Shown here piece by piece: positions 1 through 11,300 of a stretch of 64,000 bases of DNA (the stretch's first letter is position 1; every line of letters starts with the position of its first letter). Both the position numbers and the translations under genes were made by a program. The notes below the pieces were generated by a model. It was not told where the DNA came from, did not search any database, and was given only the letters and a program-made list of their open reading frames with translations. The stretch comes from a virus (Duplodnaviria; Caudoviricetes), in the IMG/VR virus record IMGVR_UViG_3300042350_003801. One strand, 5' to 3'.

Positions 1-615
1 ATTATTGCGAATAGAAGTATATTCTGAATTGGTTTCCCAGTCTGAAGGAACTGGGATATAATTTGTTGAGTCAAATTTGATAATATCACTTGGTTTGATA
101 GTATAGAGATATTTCCAAATATAACCATCGCCACTCTCGCCAGCCTTCCTTGGCTCTAAATCGGTAAAAGTTGGCTCATTTAAAGATGGACGACCGCTCG
201 GATTTTCGGGATCTGCACCGTTGAAAAGACAAATATAAACTTTGTAGTCTTGGTTTACGATAAAATAATTTGAAGAGTAAAGACTTGTTGCTCCCGAAGG
301 TTTTGATGTATTGCTTCTAGTAATATCGTGGCGGTACATATCGTAGGTTGTACCGGAAGCCCAGGTTGTTTTCTTAACAATTTGTTTAGCATTAGAGATA
401 GTCACCTTTTTCAGGGCAATCATCGTGTCCCAATAGTCATTTTCTTGATCAAAGCTGTCTTTAGGTGCTGGCGGTGAAGTATCCCAATCTGTTTGATAGT
501 CCGTGGCATTGGGCAACCCGATAAAAGTGTAGTATGTATCCGTGCCAGCCGTAACAGTTTCAACAAACTTTTTGGCTTGAAAAATTCTAAGTTGGTCTGT
601 AATTATCGCTGACAT
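1..615 (-). CDS. gp8: Baseplate wedge subunit gp8 (3' part lies outside the window)
   Basis: Not in the ORF track. Manual translation from ATG at 615 gives MSAIITDQLRIFQAKKFV...WDTMIALKK...GTTYDMYRHD...YKVYICLFNG...DGYIWKYLY, which matches cyanophage gp8; it follows gp7. Confidence 0.9.
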   Translation of the reverse strand, partial: MSAIITDQLRIFQAKKFVETVTAGTDTYYTFIGLPNATDYQTDWDTSPPAPKDSFDQENDYWDTMIALKKVTISNAKQIVKKTTWASGTTYDMYRHDITRSNTSKPSGATSLYSSNYFIVNQDYKVYICLFNGADPENPSGRPSLNEPTFTDLEPRKAGESGDGYIWKYLYTIKPSDIIKFDSTNYIPVPSDWETNSEYTSIRNN

Positions 616-633
616 ATTAAACTTTTTAGTTAT

Positions 634-3600
634 TTAGGTGTAATTTTTATATTTGAGCGGATTTACCCTTTTCACTATAGGGGATGTACTTATTCCAGTT
701 GTCCCATTATTATAAACTGTAAACTCATTTGAGGATGCTCTTTGGGGAACTGTGATTTTACCCCAACTATAAGTTCCGTAAATGCCAGTGAAACCGATAC
801 CGGTAATGCCATTGTTAGTAATGCTTACAGTAACTTTAGAAACTGAAGTTATACCTATGCCGGTCACAAATGTTTGAGCAATTGAAACATCTGCAACTCT
901 ATAAACATTATCTATGAAACTACTTCCAATTGAAATAATAGAGCTGGATTCATCTAAAGATGTGATTCCATTTCCAATGAAAGAATTATTCAGAACAAAA
1001 TAATAACCAGTCTGAATACCACTAATTGTAATAGCAGAACCGACAATACTGCTGTTTCTCAGTGCGGATTCTTGTGGTATGTAAAGATTGAATACCAAGC
1101 CAGTAGATGCAACTCCAACAGAAGTTGTAGCTATACCAGTAATTATCCCAAAATCCCCTTCAATTGTGCTCGCGGTTATGTTCTCAAAAGCACTAGAAGG
1201 ATTGCTAACCATTACTTGTGGCGGAAGTGATGCAGTATATCCTGCTCCCGGTGCAGTTACTGTTATCGCACTAATTGAACCGGATGTTATAGTTGCCGTT
1301 GCATACGCTCTGGAGGTAGTTGTTAAACCGATTGGAGTTGAAAAAGAAACCTCGGGGGAACTTGTATAACCTTTACCACCGTCTAGAATAGTAACAGACT
1401 GAATTGTGCCAGCAATAGAAACATTGGCGGTAGATATGGCAGGACGAATTTCGTCTTGTGTAATAATCTTAAATTTGTTTCTATAATCCGCTACGGAGTT
1501 CTCGCGCTGATCATCAAAGAATGTTCTAAGATTCTCAACAAAAATTACAGTAGAGGTAATACCAATTGTTTTAATGATATTAGTTGAAGGTTCAATAATT
1601 GGTTCATAAATTTCTCTATTTTTTGGAACTTCTTTTTGGTCAATGAATATGTCCTCGGTTTGTCTGCACCATTTTACCGGGCGGGTGTATGTTTCATCAC
1701 TTGAAACCCCTGGACCATTATAAGAAATAGTATTAACAGAATCTGAAGAATTGACGCTGGATACAACTCTTTCATTTTCTGAATACCCAAAATCGTCATT
1801 CAATTTAATAATATCCCCTGGTTTTATTGTATCTAAAACATCAACATCTATTACATCAACGGACCCCGTGCCCCGATAAAAAAGAACAACACAAGAATAG
1901 CCTTCTTTTGGTGCCTCAGTAAATGTGATGAAACTACTACCGGTAAATTTATAGCCTTCTCCTGGAATTTGAAGAATACCATTTACGAAGATTAAGAGTG
2001 TGGATTCAATATCAATTGGTGAACCGTAACGAGCCCTAATACTCTTAAGTTCATTATCAATTTTGACTGGGAATGATTTTCTTATTCCATTGAATAGATT
2101 TTCAATTGAATCAATAATTTGAAGTTCCCCGAATGTCCAACCGGCAAACTTATTATTGTAAATTTCATCAACAGATAATTTAAAAGTGCTATATGACGGC
2201 GAAGTAATAGTGGGAATACCAACTGTGCCGCCTAAACTTACAGTTAAAACGTCGCCTTTTTTATAACCAAATCCCCGATTTGTTACCTCAAGGTTAATAA
2301 CACTTGAACCTAAACCAACACTAACCTTAACTTTGCCTCCAGTTCCAACACCAGAAGATGGTGACATATATTGAAGAGGTAAATCTACATATGGAAGAGG
2401 GTCGTCAAATTTAACAATAGGCGGATTTGTTGAAGTATAACCAGTACCAGGATTCGTTATGGCAACAGAAACAACTTGACCATTTAAAATTGAGGCAATA
2501 CCAATATATTGAACTGTTGATATACCAGTAGTAGAAACATAAAGCCCGACATTTACAGACTGGAGACCCGACCTGTAGCCGGAACCATTATTTCCGATAC
2601 TAATTGATCCGATGGTTCCGGCAGTAGAAACAACTGCTGTTCCCCCCGCCGCTACAAGTGGTTGAAGGCCAAACCCCTGTGAATACCCCACGGCAACAAT
2701 AACTCCGCCAACAGGTAGCCCAGAGCCATTTACGTCATACGTCTGCGTTGCCGGGGCCCCTAGGAACCTAATAGAGGTGATTCCAAGTGTCTCCTCTAGA
2801 GCGTAACTTCCATAAGTTCTATATGAACCGGTAAAATCTGATGGTGATTGGAAAACTTCATTAATAAGTATTGCCCCGTTATTCTGAGAAAACCCGGCAA
2901 CATTTTGGAAATTAGATTTTATAGTAAAGGAAGAAGTTATTCCATTAAAGTTACTTGAGATATCATCAAATAAAAAGTTTGTTGAATAGGCATCAACATT
3001 GGAATTTTTTGCTCCACTTCGCATAAATACCCGACCATTGAAATTCAAAGTTGATGTAATCCCAACAAAGTCAACATCTTCGCCGGAACCAGTTGTAGTG
3101 CCGATTGGAGATGGACCTTTTGGTGGGTCAACAAAATGAATAGTGCTATCAATAATATTGTAATCACCTTGAACTTTATATACTATTGAATTTACAGAAT
3201 GAGTAGCAATTCCTGTGCCAGCCCACCCACGCTGAACGGAAACATCATTTGTTGTAGCAATGCCAACTGTTACTACTTTTATGATTTCACTGTCAATCTT
3301 TGCAAAATCACCACTGCTGAAGTTTGCAATACTTGAGAATGAAATAACTGTAGAGCCTATACCAACATAAGAAGAGGTTTTAGTGGAAGAGGCAGTTGAA
3401 ACAACCGGTGATTGTATAATGCCTCCTAATGAAATAAGTGCCCTAGTGTTCTGGGAAGTTGCAGTCAAAGTATGAGTCAGACCTGCTCCAACATTTGTCA
3501 AAACCAGAGGAACTGGAATATCTTTAAGAGCAGATTCTGCAGATGTTGAAAGACCAATGGTTGATTCGCTGTATTTTATTACATATACTGTTGAGGGGAG

Positions 3601-6600
3601 TTTATCTGTTGAACCAATTCCACTAATTGATGTAGTTTTGATACCAATTGGTAAAACATCATAAGAGTATGTAAGTTTTTCACCGTTTGTAAAAAAGTGA
3701 TTTTCTAACTGCAAGAAATTTGATGTTATATTTACTACAGTTGAACTGCTGCCAACAAAATTTCTATTGAAAATTGGATTGGTATTATATTTTAAGTCAA
3801 ATTGTCTAGTAATACCATCAAAACTTGGGCTAATATTATCAATAGTTAAAACCCTATTGCCAACTGTTTCCGCATAATCTTGAAGTATTTTATTACCAAA
3901 ATAAACTTGGTTTGAACCCAGGTTTGAATCTATTAGATAATTGTTTTCGGTAACAAGGTCATAATCTTCATTGCAATTTAAATCAACTTCGGAGTCGTTA
4001 AAAATTATGATACTAGTTAATGACTCGGTTTCGGAAGAACCGATTCCGATTAGGTCTTCAGATTCAACCACAAGGTCACTAAATTTCTTGAAGCCCGCAA
4101 TGTGATTTAGACCGCTAACCGCATTATCCCAAGTTTGATAATCAACTTTTGATTTTAACGAATATGCAAAAGAGTTATAATAATTATTGTCTTGAATCCT
4201 TTGAAACTCGTTATCGAGGAAACCCTTCTCAGTAATCCAACCCTTTTTAACTATGGAAGAAGACTTAATATTGTAGCGAGATTCAAAATCATATATCGCT
4301 GAAATCCTACCCCGAGAACGAGAATCTGAACCAACGATCATTAATCCCGATGTAAATTGATCTGTTGTGGATAATGTCAAGAGTTCATTATCACTATTCC
4401 AAAACTGCACAATTCCTTCTAGACCATCTGCCAATACAACTTCACCTATTAAAAATAAATTCTTAGAAAGTTCTGTGGTAAATTGCGGGAAGAACTTTTC
4501 CGGCACTACCGAACCAGAAGAAACTGTAGTATTGTAAACTCCAGGATATTCGGTGAAACTTAATTTGTTGGCAAGATTATATGTTATGGAGCCATTAGAG
4601 CCGCCGATATTTGGGTTAATGTTGGTAACAGTAAATCTGGAGTAATCATAAGAAGATGAATTATACCCCTTGGCCGAAGCATCGGTTACAATTGATACAC
4701 TTTCAACTAAAACTTTATCCCCAACGGCAAAGGGAAAATCTTCAATATTACTATAACTTGAAGTGAGGACTAGGGTGACATCTTTAGTCGTATCGTTGAA
4801 AGAAATTGAGTTAATACCAATTGCATTTGAGTTATTTGTTGGTATAATAATAGGCTGAACGTTATTAATACCTTTGCTGTTTTTAATAATTTGAACTTCA
4901 GAATCGCCAAGCTGATATCTTAAATCAACATCTGGAACTCGCTTTAAAGTTAGACCATCTAATAAGACTAAAGTTGGAGCAAAAATATAATTTTTTCCTG
5001 GTGAAATAATAGAAATTGTTTTTAATGAGGTCTGAGGAACAACTCTAAGAACTACTGGGGGTTGAGTTGATGGTGTAAGGGTTAAATCTGCCGGGTAATC
5101 AAATCCAATGTTATTATTATTAACTCTTTTTATTGCACCAATAGACCTACTAATTACCTCAAAAATTGCGTTCTTTCCTTGGTCGGTTATAACTGAACTA
5201 ATTCCCGGTAAGAATTTATAGTTGCTCCCACCTGAAGTAACTCGTATAGTGTTAATGGGACCGGTTGCGGTTTTAGATGTCGTAGTGTATGTTACGTTAT
5301 TGGTATAGCCGCCAACTTCTGGGATTGCACTGATAACATATGTAAATGCGGTTGAACCAACGCCGCTAATTGAATGCGTTCCAGAATACCCGCTATCAAC
5401 ATAATTGAGAGTATTATATTTTGTATTATTTTCTGTGTCAATAATAACTTGCTTATTTTTTATAGGAGTTAACTTATAATATAACTGATTTGGAAGAGTT
5501 TCATCATAGTTTAAAGTTACTAAAGCATTTAAATCTACACCGATAAGTCCAGATTTAATTACATTGAAATTGGTCCCATTAAAAGTAGTTTCAAATTTAT
5601 TGATAAACTGCTTATCACTGTAAAAATCAAAATCAAAAGCTGGAACTGATTGAAACCCTTCGGTTTCAGCCAAACTCTGGTCCGAAAGGTCAAAAACTGT
5701 GGAATTATTTTTTACAACAATTATGCTAGGATTCACTTCAGAAATTGTGCCATATGAAGCATTGGAAAGCGAAATAATATTTGGCACACTTAGAGTTGCA
5801 TCATAATACGAAGCAGATAAACTTATTGTATTAGAATTTAATACAACGACATAATAAATTGTATTATTACTTAATCCTGTAGTTGAAATTAATGAAGTGT
5901 GAAGAACCTTTTGTCCAGTAAAATAGTTATGACTAGGAATTTGGATTGTTTCATTTAATACATTAACATCAGCTCCAACAAAATCCCTCGGATTTGCGAG
6001 CAACCTTTGAGTGGGTTGATTATATACAATTTTGATGGTTTTTGTTGAATTTGGCGTGGCTGAAACGGTAACTAAATCACCAACACTAAGTTCTGAATTA
6101 GTGGCCGAGAAAATTGATACCAAATTCTTGTCTACTTGGCCAATAGATGAATTATATGAAGTTACAATACTATGTTTTTTACCTGTTCCATTAACATTAA
6201 AGTAAAGAATCTTTGCGGCACTCGTGGTATTATAGCCAACAAAGTTTCCAGTAGAACCAACCCCAACCTTTTCTGTGGATAACCCAACAAAATCATTTGA
6301 ATATTTAACGGCATAAACTGTAGTATTATCGCTCAATAAAGATGTGGTGATACCATTCGTTGATATGGTAATTTCAGTGCCACCATTTATTTTGTAGGTT
6401 AACTTTTCGCCAGTTTTTAGATTGTGTTCTGGAATGTAGATTGATTTTGTTGGAACGAAAACACTAGTGGGACCAACACCTGGACTAGAAAATGTTATCG
6501 TGCTCCCTGGGCCGATACCAATAGATTCGGATGGGTTAAAATAAAGTTCCCTATTGCGATAAGAATTGTTGAAGTCTTGAATCTCTGCATTAACAGAGAA

Positions 6601-9600
6601 TTTTCTTGGGACTTCCCTTATTGTTGCGCCAACAGTGTGATAAGTTCCGGCAGTGCCCCCATAGGCTCGCTCAACAAAAAGTCTTGATGATTGTTTATCA
6701 ATGTTTAGGACTTTTACCTTTTCGCTGTCAATTTGTAAAATATCATTTTCTCTGATATATGGAAAATCTAAGTTTCCGTATAGATTGATATAAGTTACAA
6801 TTCCAGTAATACCAGAGACATTAATATCCGTGTTTAATGTATACTTTTGACTTGAGACTGATGCCCTAAAAGATTTCTGTAAATTGAATTTATTGTAATT
6901 TAAATTTTTGACGGAGATGATATCCCCATTTTCAATGCTGTGGGGTAGACTACTAAACCCGATTACACCGTATGTTGAATTCGGGATAAACTCTACATTG
7001 AAAACTGTTGTTGAACCCACACTGATGCCATTAACTTCCTTTCCTTTAATGGAAGAAACTTCTGCTGATGCATTGATACCGCCTGAAGTTTTGCTATCAA
7101 AAATTAACTTATCTCTAACTTTATAACCGTTTCCTCCTGCTGGGATCAAAACATCTTCAACTGACCCAGTTAGGGTGCTGGTTACCGTAGAGGTTTGGTT
7201 ATATGTGCTAAATGGAGATAGAAGATATTTATAAAAACTACTTTCAGACTTTAACTTAAACGGACTTGTATTTCTTAGCCACCCGGTTTTATTTAAATCT
7301 AATGCATCTTGTTTTGAATAATAATCAAAGTTAAAGGAAATGGGTTTAGATTTATAGGATTCGCCGATAAGATAAGGAAACACTGGTTTAAAATAATTTT
7401 TAAACTGGCCAGTGCTTTCAACTCCTTGGTCTGAAATTGTGGCAAAATATGCATAAGTTCCATTGGGAAAATCTGGAGTGATGCAATACCTGCCATTATG
7501 TTCATCCAGGTCGCCAGAATTATTAAATTCATAGTCCTCAACAAAAATACCAGCAGGATAAAGTGATGCACTTGGGCGACCTCCCTTAAGTTCTAACCCA
7601 TAACTACTCTGTAGTATTTTTACTGCTCCAGATGTTTTGTATTCATAACCATAAGGACCGTAAATTGGATTCCCATCATAAGCCCATCCGATAATCGGAG
7701 AGTGTGAATCTGAAGTGGTTTCTCTATTAAAAGAATCTAGAATTAAGTCTGGACGATAGGTTAAATTATTTGATACATATTTGCTGCTTTGCAACATTTG
7801 CCGCAATTTTCTAGGAGCATACCCGTGAACATACTCCAAACCTAAATCTGAGCGAGTTCCCCTTGTTATGATACCATCATCAACTGTAATTTGATTAGTC
7901 TGTATTAAACGTTCAATCCAGTTAATATTCCAAGATTTTGTATTGGTTCTCAACTCTGCACTTGAACCCGCCGCAACTACGGTTAGTGTTATATTTTTTT
8001 GCTCATAACCATATCCCGGATTAATAATATTAACACTTTCCAATTCACCGTTGGTAATAATTGGAGTTAATACTGCACCATTACCGGTTCCACTAATTGT
8101 AATATCTGGGGGAGAATTATATCCTGAACCTGGATTAATAATAAGAACTTCGGCAATTTTTCCATTTGATATAATTGCTTGTATTATAGCATCTTTTCCG
8201 CTATTAATAATGATGTTTGGCTGGCGATTATAATTAATAATATCCTCTTGTCCATAATTTTGGCCGCCATCTTCCACAAAAACATTATTAATCTTTCCCC
8301 TGAAAATTGGCTGTATATTTATTTCTAAAATGCTCTCGGATGTTAATGTAACCTTAATCGGCTCGTAATTAAAAATATGTTGTCCAGAGCCGGATGAAGT
8401 GAAATCAATATATTGATGAGTCTTCAAATAAAAGTCTTTACTTGTTGATACCCCAACTGTCGCAACTTGTGAAAGTTTGAAGTTATTTTCATCAATTTCA
8501 GTGACATAATAAGAAATATTAGTTTGTATGCCGACAATTGGTGTTTGAGTGTAAGACTCATAAACGACAAGTTCTCCAGTTTTAAAACTATGCCCATTGA
8601 AATTAATGGCATCTGATGCAATATTAATTGCAGAAGAGTCAACAGAAATTCTACGATTTGTATAACCTTCACCTGGCTCAGTTATCGTAAAAGAAGAAAT
8701 CTTTGATTTTGCTTCATATGATACCAACTTGTGAATACCGAATCCCGTTACGCTAAGACTTATTGCATTTAAATTTGAAACTGAATCTTCATAAGTTTTA
8801 TATAGTTTAACCTCATTTAGGCTTACTGCCGAAATGTAGTATTCCGAATCTGTTGTAATTCCTGTTACATAAGAATAACCATCTGGGACGAATAGCACCT
8901 TTTCGTAATTAGAAAAACTGTGATAAGTTGCAAATCCAATGATATTACTAGAAATATTTCCAGTATTGAATGATGCAGAGTGTTCAAAAAGACCAACTTC
9001 GGGTTTTGCCTTTGCTCCCACACCGTTGCCGCCGGTTATCGTTATTGACGGTTCTCCTTTAACAATTAAATTTGAATTAAGCAGTCTAATCTCTTTAAGT
9101 TCCCCAACAATTTCTGGGGTTACTCTTGCCCCATAACCTTGCTCATCTGTAATTTGAATTAAAGGTGGATTAATAATATCATAATTATCACCAGGAGACA
9201 CTACATCAACAGATTCTATTGGTCCATAAAAAACAGAATTTTGGGACTTATAATTTAAAATTTCAACACCATTTAAAAGAATACCAGTGTTGCCAATTGG
9301 TGTTGGCTCAATAATCTTTCTATCTAACGGCTGTGAAATCTTCCTAATTAACTTTTGATTAGTTAAAATTTTACCGGCAAAATCATTGTGTTCTAAAGTA
9401 TTATTAGTTACCGTGCCAGAAACAGATAAATAGATTCCGGCCCGGAGATTGGACCGACTGGTTGCCAATGAAAAAGAGTTATTGTCTACTTTTTTAATAT
9501 AATAAGTTCCCTTCGATATGCCCAGATTACTAGTAGAAGGATAGTCATATAAAACAACATCACCCGATAAAAAGCCGTGATTTGTATAATTTAAAATTTC

Positions 9601-11298
9601 TCCTGAAAATGTTCCAGACACTACAATCCCGCGAGAAGATACGTCTAATGGTTGTTGAAAATAAAATGGTAAAGACGGAGACGCGACAAAAATGTTTTCA
9701 TTTGTGTCTTCGTAAACGTTTTGGACGTTAGCGGAGTAAATTTCTACATTTTTAAAATTATTTGATGAAACTTGAGATATGTTCTTCTCAACATAATCAA
9801 TTGTTGAAAGAGTTAATGGGCCTTGTCCTTGAACTGTAAAATTTGTAACATTTACTTTTGAGTAAACATCTGTGGTTATTATTGCTCCATTGGTTAGAAT
9901 GATACTCAAAGAGTCGCCAACGGTGAAAATGTTATCATCAAAGGTTTCAATTTGATATTTTGAAGTTACCGCATCGATAAGGGTAATACTTCTAACTAAA
10001 TATGAAATTGGAATATTGAAAACCCAATTTTTTGAGCGAACTGAAGTGCTGAACTTTCCTAACGTTTTTGGTTTAATTAAATCGCCCACTGTTAGATTAT
10101 AAGCATTATCAATTTCCACAAAATCCGCAATAACACCAGTTACTCTAACTGCAACGATATTATCTTTATTAGAACCACTATAGCCATATGCAAAGGCATT
10201 AACTCTAACCGATTCCCCGGCTTTTAAATCAACCAGAATTTCGCTACAATCTAAAAATTGAGTTAAGGATTTTGATGTATATTGAATTAAAGAAGAATCA
10301 TCTAAAACTAGAAAGCCACTAGAGGGAAATCCCACAGTAGAGTCTACACTAATGGCACTGGAGCCTGCAATAACTTTTTTAGTTATTCTTGTCTTAGGGT
10401 GAATGGAAAATTCACCAAAAACGGAACCGGCAACGTCAATATCTTTATTGAAATCGTAATCTAGACTTATGATATAATAATCACTATTGTTACGAGATAT
10501 TTTCTCAACCTTACTGATTGAACCGCTTGCTTTCGGATATTGGTCGGTTTTATCTTGGAATAATGTTCTATTTTCTAGCAATAGGGGGTCGCCAAAAAGA
10601 GCCTCCACAACAAGGTCCTTTGATACCCTATATTCTGCTGCAGAAGGCGTAAATAGATAATCTCTTGGTTTAATTACCTCTACTTTTTCACCATAAAGAG
10701 CCCCGAAAAGAATTTCAAAAGATTTGTCTGTTCCTTTTACTGAGTAGAAGTCCTTTGATTTCTCAATGAATAATGTTTGGTTTACATCTGAATCAAATTC
10801 TCTTCCTTCAAACCCTGGAATATATTGCTTTTTAAGTTTATCTAGAAATTTATTAAGAAAAAGTATGCTAAGATTTTCTACAACTGCACCACTTAAATGG
10901 TCATCAGATTCACTTGTAGAAAATTCTAATTGTGAATTGGAAATTCCGCTAAATCCCCTGACACAATCAACAAAAGAAGTTTCAGTTTTTGTTGTGTATG
11001 TAATAATTTCAGAATCAATCTTTAATAGACCATAAGAATCGGGGAACCCATCTGTAGATTCAACAAAAATGTCGGTGTCCGAGAACGAAATGTCTGCGGA
11101 AAGGGTTGTATTTTCTACAAGACGGGTTAGATTCTCAAGTTTGGAGTGACTAGAAAGATTAGAAATCAGATCAAAAGAAGCTCCTGGATATTCCCCCGAA
11201 ATATAATACTGCTTGATAAACTCCACCAAAAGTGGAGACTCTTGCCGCATAAATTCGGGAAATTGGTTCTCAATGATAGAACTTATTTTGACTGACAT
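634..11298 (-). CDS. gp7: Baseplate wedge initiator gp7-like giant protein (3554 aa) with repeated I.V..GG.GY...P.V beta-motifs and an internal YHYH-like segment
   Basis: Lies between gp6 and gp8; N-term IENQFPEF...LLVEFIKQYY and YSVKGT..SFEILF are typical of cyanophage gp7; HSPIIGWAYDGNPIYGPYG...DLDEHNGR is YHYH-like. Confidence 0.85.
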   Translation of the reverse strand: MSVKISSIIENQFPEFMRQESPLLVEFIKQYYISGEYPGASFDLISNLSSHSKLENLTRLVENTTLSADISFSDTDIFVESTDGFPDSYGLLKIDSEIITYTTKTETSFVDCVRGFSGISNSQLEFSTSESDDHLSGAVVENLSILFLNKFLDKLKKQYIPGFEGREFDSDVNQTLFIEKSKDFYSVKGTDKSFEILFGALYGEKVEVIKPRDYLFTPSAAEYRVSKDLVVEALFGDPLLLENRTLFQDKTDQYPKASGSISKVEKISRNNSDYYIISLDYDFNKDIDVAGSVFGEFSIHPKTRITKKVIAGSSAISVDSTVGFPSSGFLVLDDSSLIQYTSKSLTQFLDCSEILVDLKAGESVRVNAFAYGYSGSNKDNIVAVRVTGVIADFVEIDNAYNLTVGDLIKPKTLGKFSTSVRSKNWVFNIPISYLVRSITLIDAVTSKYQIETFDDNIFTVGDSLSIILTNGAIITTDVYSKVNVTNFTVQGQGPLTLSTIDYVEKNISQVSSNNFKNVEIYSANVQNVYEDTNENIFVASPSLPFYFQQPLDVSSRGIVVSGTFSGEILNYTNHGFLSGDVVLYDYPSTSNLGISKGTYYIKKVDNNSFSLATSRSNLRAGIYLSVSGTVTNNTLEHNDFAGKILTNQKLIRKISQPLDRKIIEPTPIGNTGILLNGVEILNYKSQNSVFYGPIESVDVVSPGDNYDIINPPLIQITDEQGYGARVTPEIVGELKEIRLLNSNLIVKGEPSITITGGNGVGAKAKPEVGLFEHSASFNTGNISSNIIGFATYHSFSNYEKVLFVPDGYSYVTGITTDSEYYISAVSLNEVKLYKTYEDSVSNLNAISLSVTGFGIHKLVSYEAKSKISSFTITEPGEGYTNRRISVDSSAINIASDAINFNGHSFKTGELVVYESYTQTPIVGIQTNISYYVTEIDENNFKLSQVATVGVSTSKDFYLKTHQYIDFTSSGSGQHIFNYEPIKVTLTSESILEINIQPIFRGKINNVFVEDGGQNYGQEDIINYNRQPNIIINSGKDAIIQAIISNGKIAEVLIINPGSGYNSPPDITISGTGNGAVLTPIITNGELESVNIINPGYGYEQKNITLTVVAAGSSAELRTNTKSWNINWIERLIQTNQITVDDGIITRGTRSDLGLEYVHGYAPRKLRQMLQSSKYVSNNLTYRPDLILDSFNRETTSDSHSPIIGWAYDGNPIYGPYGYEYKTSGAVKILQSSYGLELKGGRPSASLYPAGIFVEDYEFNNSGDLDEHNGRYCITPDFPNGTYAYFATISDQGVESTGQFKNYFKPVFPYLIGESYKSKPISFNFDYYSKQDALDLNKTGWLRNTSPFKLKSESSFYKYLLSPFSTYNQTSTVTSTLTGSVEDVLIPAGGNGYKVRDKLIFDSKTSGGINASAEVSSIKGKEVNGISVGSTTVFNVEFIPNSTYGVIGFSSLPHSIENGDIISVKNLNYNKFNLQKSFRASVSSQKYTLNTDINVSGITGIVTYINLYGNLDFPYIRENDILQIDSEKVKVLNIDKQSSRLFVERAYGGTAGTYHTVGATIREVPRKFSVNAEIQDFNNSYRNRELYFNPSESIGIGPGSTITFSSPGVGPTSVFVPTKSIYIPEHNLKTGEKLTYKINGGTEITISTNGITTSLLSDNTTVYAVKYSNDFVGLSTEKVGVGSTGNFVGYNTTSAAKILYFNVNGTGKKHSIVTSYNSSIGQVDKNLVSIFSATNSELSVGDLVTVSATPNSTKTIKIVYNQPTQRLLANPRDFVGADVNVLNETIQIPSHNYFTGQKVLHTSLISTTGLSNNTIYYVVVLNSNTISLSASYYDATLSVPNIISLSNASYGTISEVNPSIIVVKNNSTVFDLSDQSLAETEGFQSVPAFDFDFYSDKQFINKFETTFNGTNFNVIKSGLIGVDLNALVTLNYDETLPNQLYYKLTPIKNKQVIIDTENNTKYNTLNYVDSGYSGTHSISGVGSTAFTYVISAIPEVGGYTNNVTYTTTSKTATGPINTIRVTSGGSNYKFLPGISSVITDQGKNAIFEVISRSIGAIKRVNNNNIGFDYPADLTLTPSTQPPVVLRVVPQTSLKTISIISPGKNYIFAPTLVLLDGLTLKRVPDVDLRYQLGDSEVQIIKNSKGINNVQPIIIPTNNSNAIGINSISFNDTTKDVTLVLTSSYSNIEDFPFAVGDKVLVESVSIVTDASAKGYNSSSYDYSRFTVTNINPNIGGSNGSITYNLANKLSFTEYPGVYNTTVSSGSVVPEKFFPQFTTELSKNLFLIGEVVLADGLEGIVQFWNSDNELLTLSTTDQFTSGLMIVGSDSRSRGRISAIYDFESRYNIKSSSIVKKGWITEKGFLDNEFQRIQDNNYYNSFAYSLKSKVDYQTWDNAVSGLNHIAGFKKFSDLVVESEDLIGIGSSETESLTSIIIFNDSEVDLNCNEDYDLVTENNYLIDSNLGSNQVYFGNKILQDYAETVGNRVLTIDNISPSFDGITRQFDLKYNTNPIFNRNFVGSSSTVVNITSNFLQLENHFFTNGEKLTYSYDVLPIGIKTTSISGIGSTDKLPSTVYVIKYSESTIGLSTSAESALKDIPVPLVLTNVGAGLTHTLTATSQNTRALISLGGIIQSPVVSTASSTKTSSYVGIGSTVISFSSIANFSSGDFAKIDSEIIKVVTVGIATTNDVSVQRGWAGTGIATHSVNSIVYKVQGDYNIIDSTIHFVDPPKGPSPIGTTTGSGEDVDFVGITSTLNFNGRVFMRSGAKNSNVDAYSTNFLFDDISSNFNGITSSFTIKSNFQNVAGFSQNNGAILINEVFQSPSDFTGSYRTYGSYALEETLGITSIRFLGAPATQTYDVNGSGLPVGGVIVAVGYSQGFGLQPLVAAGGTAVVSTAGTIGSISIGNNGSGYRSGLQSVNVGLYVSTTGISTVQYIGIASILNGQVVSVAITNPGTGYTSTNPPIVKFDDPLPYVDLPLQYMSPSSGVGTGGKVKVSVGLGSSVINLEVTNRGFGYKKGDVLTVSLGGTVGIPTITSPSYSTFKLSVDEIYNNKFAGWTFGELQIIDSIENLFNGIRKSFPVKIDNELKSIRARYGSPIDIESTLLIFVNGILQIPGEGYKFTGSSFITFTEAPKEGYSCVVLFYRGTGSVDVIDVDVLDTIKPGDIIKLNDDFGYSENERVVSSVNSSDSVNTISYNGPGVSSDETYTRPVKWCRQTEDIFIDQKEVPKNREIYEPIIEPSTNIIKTIGITSTVIFVENLRTFFDDQRENSVADYRNKFKIITQDEIRPAISTANVSIAGTIQSVTILDGGKGYTSSPEVSFSTPIGLTTTSRAYATATITSGSISAITVTAPGAGYTASLPPQVMVSNPSSAFENITASTIEGDFGIITGIATTSVGVASTGLVFNLYIPQESALRNSSIVGSAITISGIQTGYYFVLNNSFIGNGITSLDESSSIISIGSSFIDNVYRVADVSIAQTFVTGIGITSVSKVTVSITNNGITGIGFTGIYGTYSWGKITVPQRASSNEFTVYNNGTTGISTSPIVKRVNPLKYKNYT

Positions 11299-11300
11299 AT

